A stretch of 64,000 nt of DNA from Macrostomum lignano (Eukaryota). Positions within the stretch are counted from its first letter, which is position 1. The number at the start of each line of letters is the position of its first letter. The notes under the pieces are model-generated. The model had not been told where the DNA came from, searched no databases, and saw only the letters and a program-made list of their open reading frames with translations. The position numbers and the translations under genes were made by a program. Positions 60,154 through 64,000 of the stretch are shown here, piece by piece. The DNA is taken from positions 111,531-175,530 of the forward strand of contig NIVC01001484.1 in assembly GCA_002269645.1 (NCBI GenBank), read 5' to 3'.

Positions 60154-60719
60154 CTGCATAGATTGGCTGTGCAGCTGCTTTGACGTCAAACACACTGAAA
60201 ATATTTTAAGTCAAAGCGGTCAATAAACTATTCAACTTTGCGGTAAAATTTACTCGCAAATTATTAGTCCAAAAGGCAATTGGCTTGAAAAAGCTATTTT
60301 TTGTCTTTTTTATTGTCGCTTCACAACACCATTCAATCACCAATTGTCGTATAAAAACTAATGTCGTAGTAAGGGAATATTTATTAATCGTAGTAAGGGA
60401 TTTATAGAGCAACACTGTTTTACAAATGTTACATGTATTACTGTTAGTAGTTTTAGACCATGAAACAGTAGTAGTTCGGTTAGGACAGATCGCAGGTTTG
60501 TTTAAAACTAGAAAGCAGCTCGAGACAAGGGTGCATTCGTCATTTAATTCAACTCGTTTAATTCTTCCAACTCGAAATGCAAATTAGCGTAAGAGCTCTG
60601 ACGCGAAAGAAAGAAAAGGGTGCGTTTCGACGGAGTCTGGCATGACTATCTCAGGCATAGGTTCCTTGAATGCGATGTTCCACACAACTTGGTCAGGATC
60701 GTCTCCAGTTACCTCGAAG

Positions 60720-61310
60720 GTAAGGAGATTCGAATCCAGGTGGGTGGGGCTCTCAGCGAGGGCTTTGGCCGCTAGACAACCGGGTCAGGATGAGCCAATT
60801 AGCGGACGACCTTGTTGTCTGGGCTTGCCAGAAAGTCCAGCATGTCTGCTAAAAGGCTCAACAGCTACTTTGCTATCTTGAAAATTGGCTGGCATCACTA
60901 TCAATCCAACCAAAAGAAAGGCTGTTTCTTTCTTTAAGTTTGAAGGTAATCACTTCACGGGCCCCGAAAAGCCGACCCTTGAACTTAGCCAGTACGAAAT
61001 TCAATACTTTGACTCCGCTGCCTTCTTAGGTGTCACTCTAGATAAGGAACCCAACATCAAACAACATATTTCCAAGACTGCCGGCATCACGACGGCCAAG
61101 CTCTACGTCATGAGAAGGATCGCCAGGAACACTATAGGATCACCCAGCTTGCACCCAGGCTTATCTACAGGTCCTACGTTGAGGGTGGTATGACCTACGG
61201 TGCACCTATTCTAGCTTATCAACGCTTCGGACACGCTACTCCAAAAACTCCAGGTTCTTCAAAACCAGGCGCTCATGATCTCCTTGGATGCTTCCTCCTA
61301 CACAAAAATT
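60720..61310 (+). mobile_element. Decayed non-LTR retrotransposon (LINE) reverse-transcriptase fragment
   Basis: RIQVGGALSEGF; ADDLVVW (60802, YADD-like); INPTK; FLGVTLDK..KQHI; YGAPI; LQKLQVLQNQAL; spread over frames with stops. Confidence 0.8.
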
Positions 61311-62530
61311 AGTTAAGTCACCAAAATTCACAGGTTCAAGGAGAGAGAATTTAGAATCTGGGCAAAAGGTGGTACAAATATGTCACTCTCTTTGCAGGGG
61401 TCCATAACATTGAGCTTGATCTAAAAGACTGAGGCAGGCCCAGCAACAGAGTCCCTGTGACCACTAGACTCAGAACTAACTGGTGGGTGTTCTCCCCCCA
61501 ACTTGCTAATTCAGTCTTGTATTTCTTTATAATAATAAAAACTGTGATTTTACTCTTGCCTATTTGTATTTATTACCCAACTCGAATTCTCTCTTCAAAC
61601 ATACATATTCTATACATATTCTTTACACCACAGAATATTTGTTTTATTGTTTTAAATTTATTCGATTAAATTTGTTTTAATTGTTTAAAATGATTTACAA
61701 TATTACCCCTTGCTCCTCTTTTCATTTCTCCAATATTTAACTTTCGTCTCGTAAAATAGGAATCGCAAATCTTTTTACTTCCAACTTTATAGAAAAATGT
61801 AAAAATACGAGTATTAGCGTAGGAGACCCGGCTAGGACTGAACAAGGACGACTACGCTCGTAAAGTAACATACATACTTTAGTAGTCCTGGGGCTGAAGC
61901 GCTAAAACCCATCAAAGTGAAAGTCAAAGCAGTTGGAAAAGCAGTTCCTCGCTAATTTAGGCTTTTGGATTAAATTACTCGTAAAATTCGACCTTAAACT
62001 ACAAAATAAAGAGCCCCATAAGGTGTTCTGTAAGGGCTGACGCACTCTCGTACACGTCAAATGAACCAATAAAACCCGGAGAAGTCTCACTCTTGCGTCC
62101 GTCAAGCCAATGTGCCAATGCTACACCCGTCCTAACAAAATAAGAGTTAAGGAAAGACGGAAATAAGCGTGTTAAGAGCAGGAGAGTTGCAAAAGTAGAA
62201 CGCACTTATGCCTTGGAGTGTCAGGATATACAGAATTAGGAAATGTTTTTAGCATACTTGATTAAATATCATGGTATCATATTCAAATATTAATCGTTTC
62301 TCTTCTTCGATATAATTGTTTGAGAAAAAATCGTTAACTGAATTCGAGTCCTTGCCTATTATTTGTCTTTAATAGGTTAGGATTGAGGACACAAAACTCA
62401 GTCGGCAGCAACTGTACCAAATAACCAGTTACAATAAGTATTTGATAATCCACTCAGACTTCATTGGCTGAACTAGTAACCTAAAACAGAAAGCTACGAT
62501 TCAATCATACATGGCGTTTAATTACATGTA

Positions 62531-62861
62531 CACCTTTTTACTTTCTATTTTGAAAAATATGCACTCAATATTGACATCTTTGCATCCAATTTTGACAGTC
62601 TGTGGTATCTATCGCTTGTTGAAATGTTCAAACTATTTTGACAAACTCAAATGCAATCATGACGATTTTCAACCGAAAATAACAAACTCCAACCTTTATT
62701 AACAATTTGCTAGCAATTTTGACACTGGGGTACAAAACAGTGCCTCTGTCTCGCCGTCTATAGTTTGAACATTTCAACAAGCGATACCACAGACTGTCGA
62801 AATTGAATGCAAAGACGTCAATATTGAGTGAAGATTTTTCAAAATAGAAAGTAAAAAGGTG
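62531..62861. mobile_element. 331-bp MITE with ~100-bp TIRs and TA target-site duplication
   Basis: CACCTTTTTACTTTCTATTTTGAAAAAT..CAAACTAT is mirrored at 62759-62861; TA on each side. Confidence 0.85.
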
Positions 62862-62971
62862 TAGCAAAGATGTGTTAATCTCGGGTAGCTACAATATGCT
62901 CTCATTCGAGGACATGTGATCGAATTATATCTACAAGTGCATATGTTCCCAATGGATGCATGTTCGATGAT

Positions 62972-63899
62972 TCCGGCTTTGGAGTCTGCATCCTTATCAA
63001 CGGCCGCGTGATCGCAACTCACACCCAACACACCGGTAGACTCTTCAGTGTCTTCCAAAACGAAGTACTCGCCATCAGCTCCTGTGTTTCTGAGCCCCGC
63101 TGCAGGTACTTCAAAGGCAGAAGAATCTTCTTCCACTTTGACAGCCAGGCTGCCTTGCAGGCCCTGTGTCACACCACTATGAACTCCTGAACACCGTCCA
63201 GCTCACGTGAATCCCAGGACACGCCGGTTTCAAAGGTAACGAGCTCGCTGACTCCCTCGCTAAGACGGGCAGTTCCAGCTGGCTCCTTGGCCCCGTGCCT
63301 CTGGCCCCCATCCCCCCGCGCGGTCATTAAACGTCAGATTAACGACTGGGCGGGTATCCTGCACCTACGCAGATGGGACGGTATTACTAACTGCCGCCAA
63401 TCCCGGGCGGCAGTGTACAACCCGTTCCTCAAGCTGCGGAGAATCTTTGTGAACCAAAATCGAAAAGATATCTGCGCTCTCACGATGACCTTCACGGGTC
63501 ACGGTTGCTTTGCCAGGCACTGTTCCTCCGAGGCGTCCGCCGGAGTGAACTCTGCCCCCTCTGCAACCTCGAGAACGAAGACACTAAGCACTTCGCCTGC
63601 TACTGCCCAGTCTTCAACCGAGACCGGCTCCACTACACCTCAGGCCCAACCCGTCCCTGGACGACGCTTGCCGGCCCGAGAACATCCCGCGGCTCATCCA
63701 GTTCCTCCGGGCTACCAAACAAGCCTCCGTCTTCCCAACAGAAGACAACACTGCAGACAGAAGCGGCAGACCTCCCTGACAAGCCCCGTGCCCTAGCCTA
63801 TGCGGGCTCTTCAGGGATTAGCGGAGTGGGCGACGCTCGCCTCCCTGTTGCGTCTTTGGACCGCCCTGCAGCTAAGTCAAGTCAAGTCAAGTAAGTCAA
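62972..63899 (+). mobile_element. 5'-truncated RNase H-bearing LINE with 12-bp TSD and (AAGTC)n tail
   Basis: SVFQNEVLAI, DSQAALQAL, *IPGHAGFKGNELADSLAK (RNase H, W->stop); TGHG..CPLC..EDTKHFACYCP zinc knuckle; TSD ATGTTCGATGAT at 62960-62971 and 63900-63911. Confidence 0.88.
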
Positions 63900-64000
63900 A
63901 TGTTCGATGATGTGCTCTCGTAGTCCCAGGTGATTTGCTCTTATTCGAAGGCAAGCATTGAAATTTAATTGATCTGGTCTCCCAATGCTTGCATGCTTAA

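Overview
Eukaryotic (animal) genomic DNA with spliced, GC-rich genes and many minisatellite arrays. The style suggests a free-living flatworm such as Macrostomum; this is inference only. All 11 protein genes between 2.7 and 50.7 kb lie on the minus strand: a 5-exon ARIH1/ariadne RBR ligase, an intronless RagA GTPase, and a ~37 kb cluster of nine HOIP/RNF31 (linear-ubiquitin ligase)-derived genes. Only one of the nine (45081-50660) is full length (PUB, B-box, NZF, UBA, RING1, IBR, RING2, LDD) with the catalytic GC-x-H motif. The others are: one pseudo-ligase (RING1, no IBR, RING2 Cys->Ala, LDD); three B-box/NZF/ER-K-helix/IBR proteins with repeat rods of different length; two B-box/NZF mini-proteins; and two NZF-like proteins. 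Part of the cluster is a tandemly duplicated three-gene cassette. On the plus strand at 56-60 kb are two duplicated two-exon genes, missed by the ORF track, encoding ~75-aa secreted precursors that end in a disulfide-loop peptide (FCS..YHPL[T/S]CFGLGG). Also present: a decayed mariner, a tRNA-derived SINE, LINE fragments, MITEs and about 15 minisatellite arrays. All calls were made by eye from translation and recalled family motifs; no searches were run.
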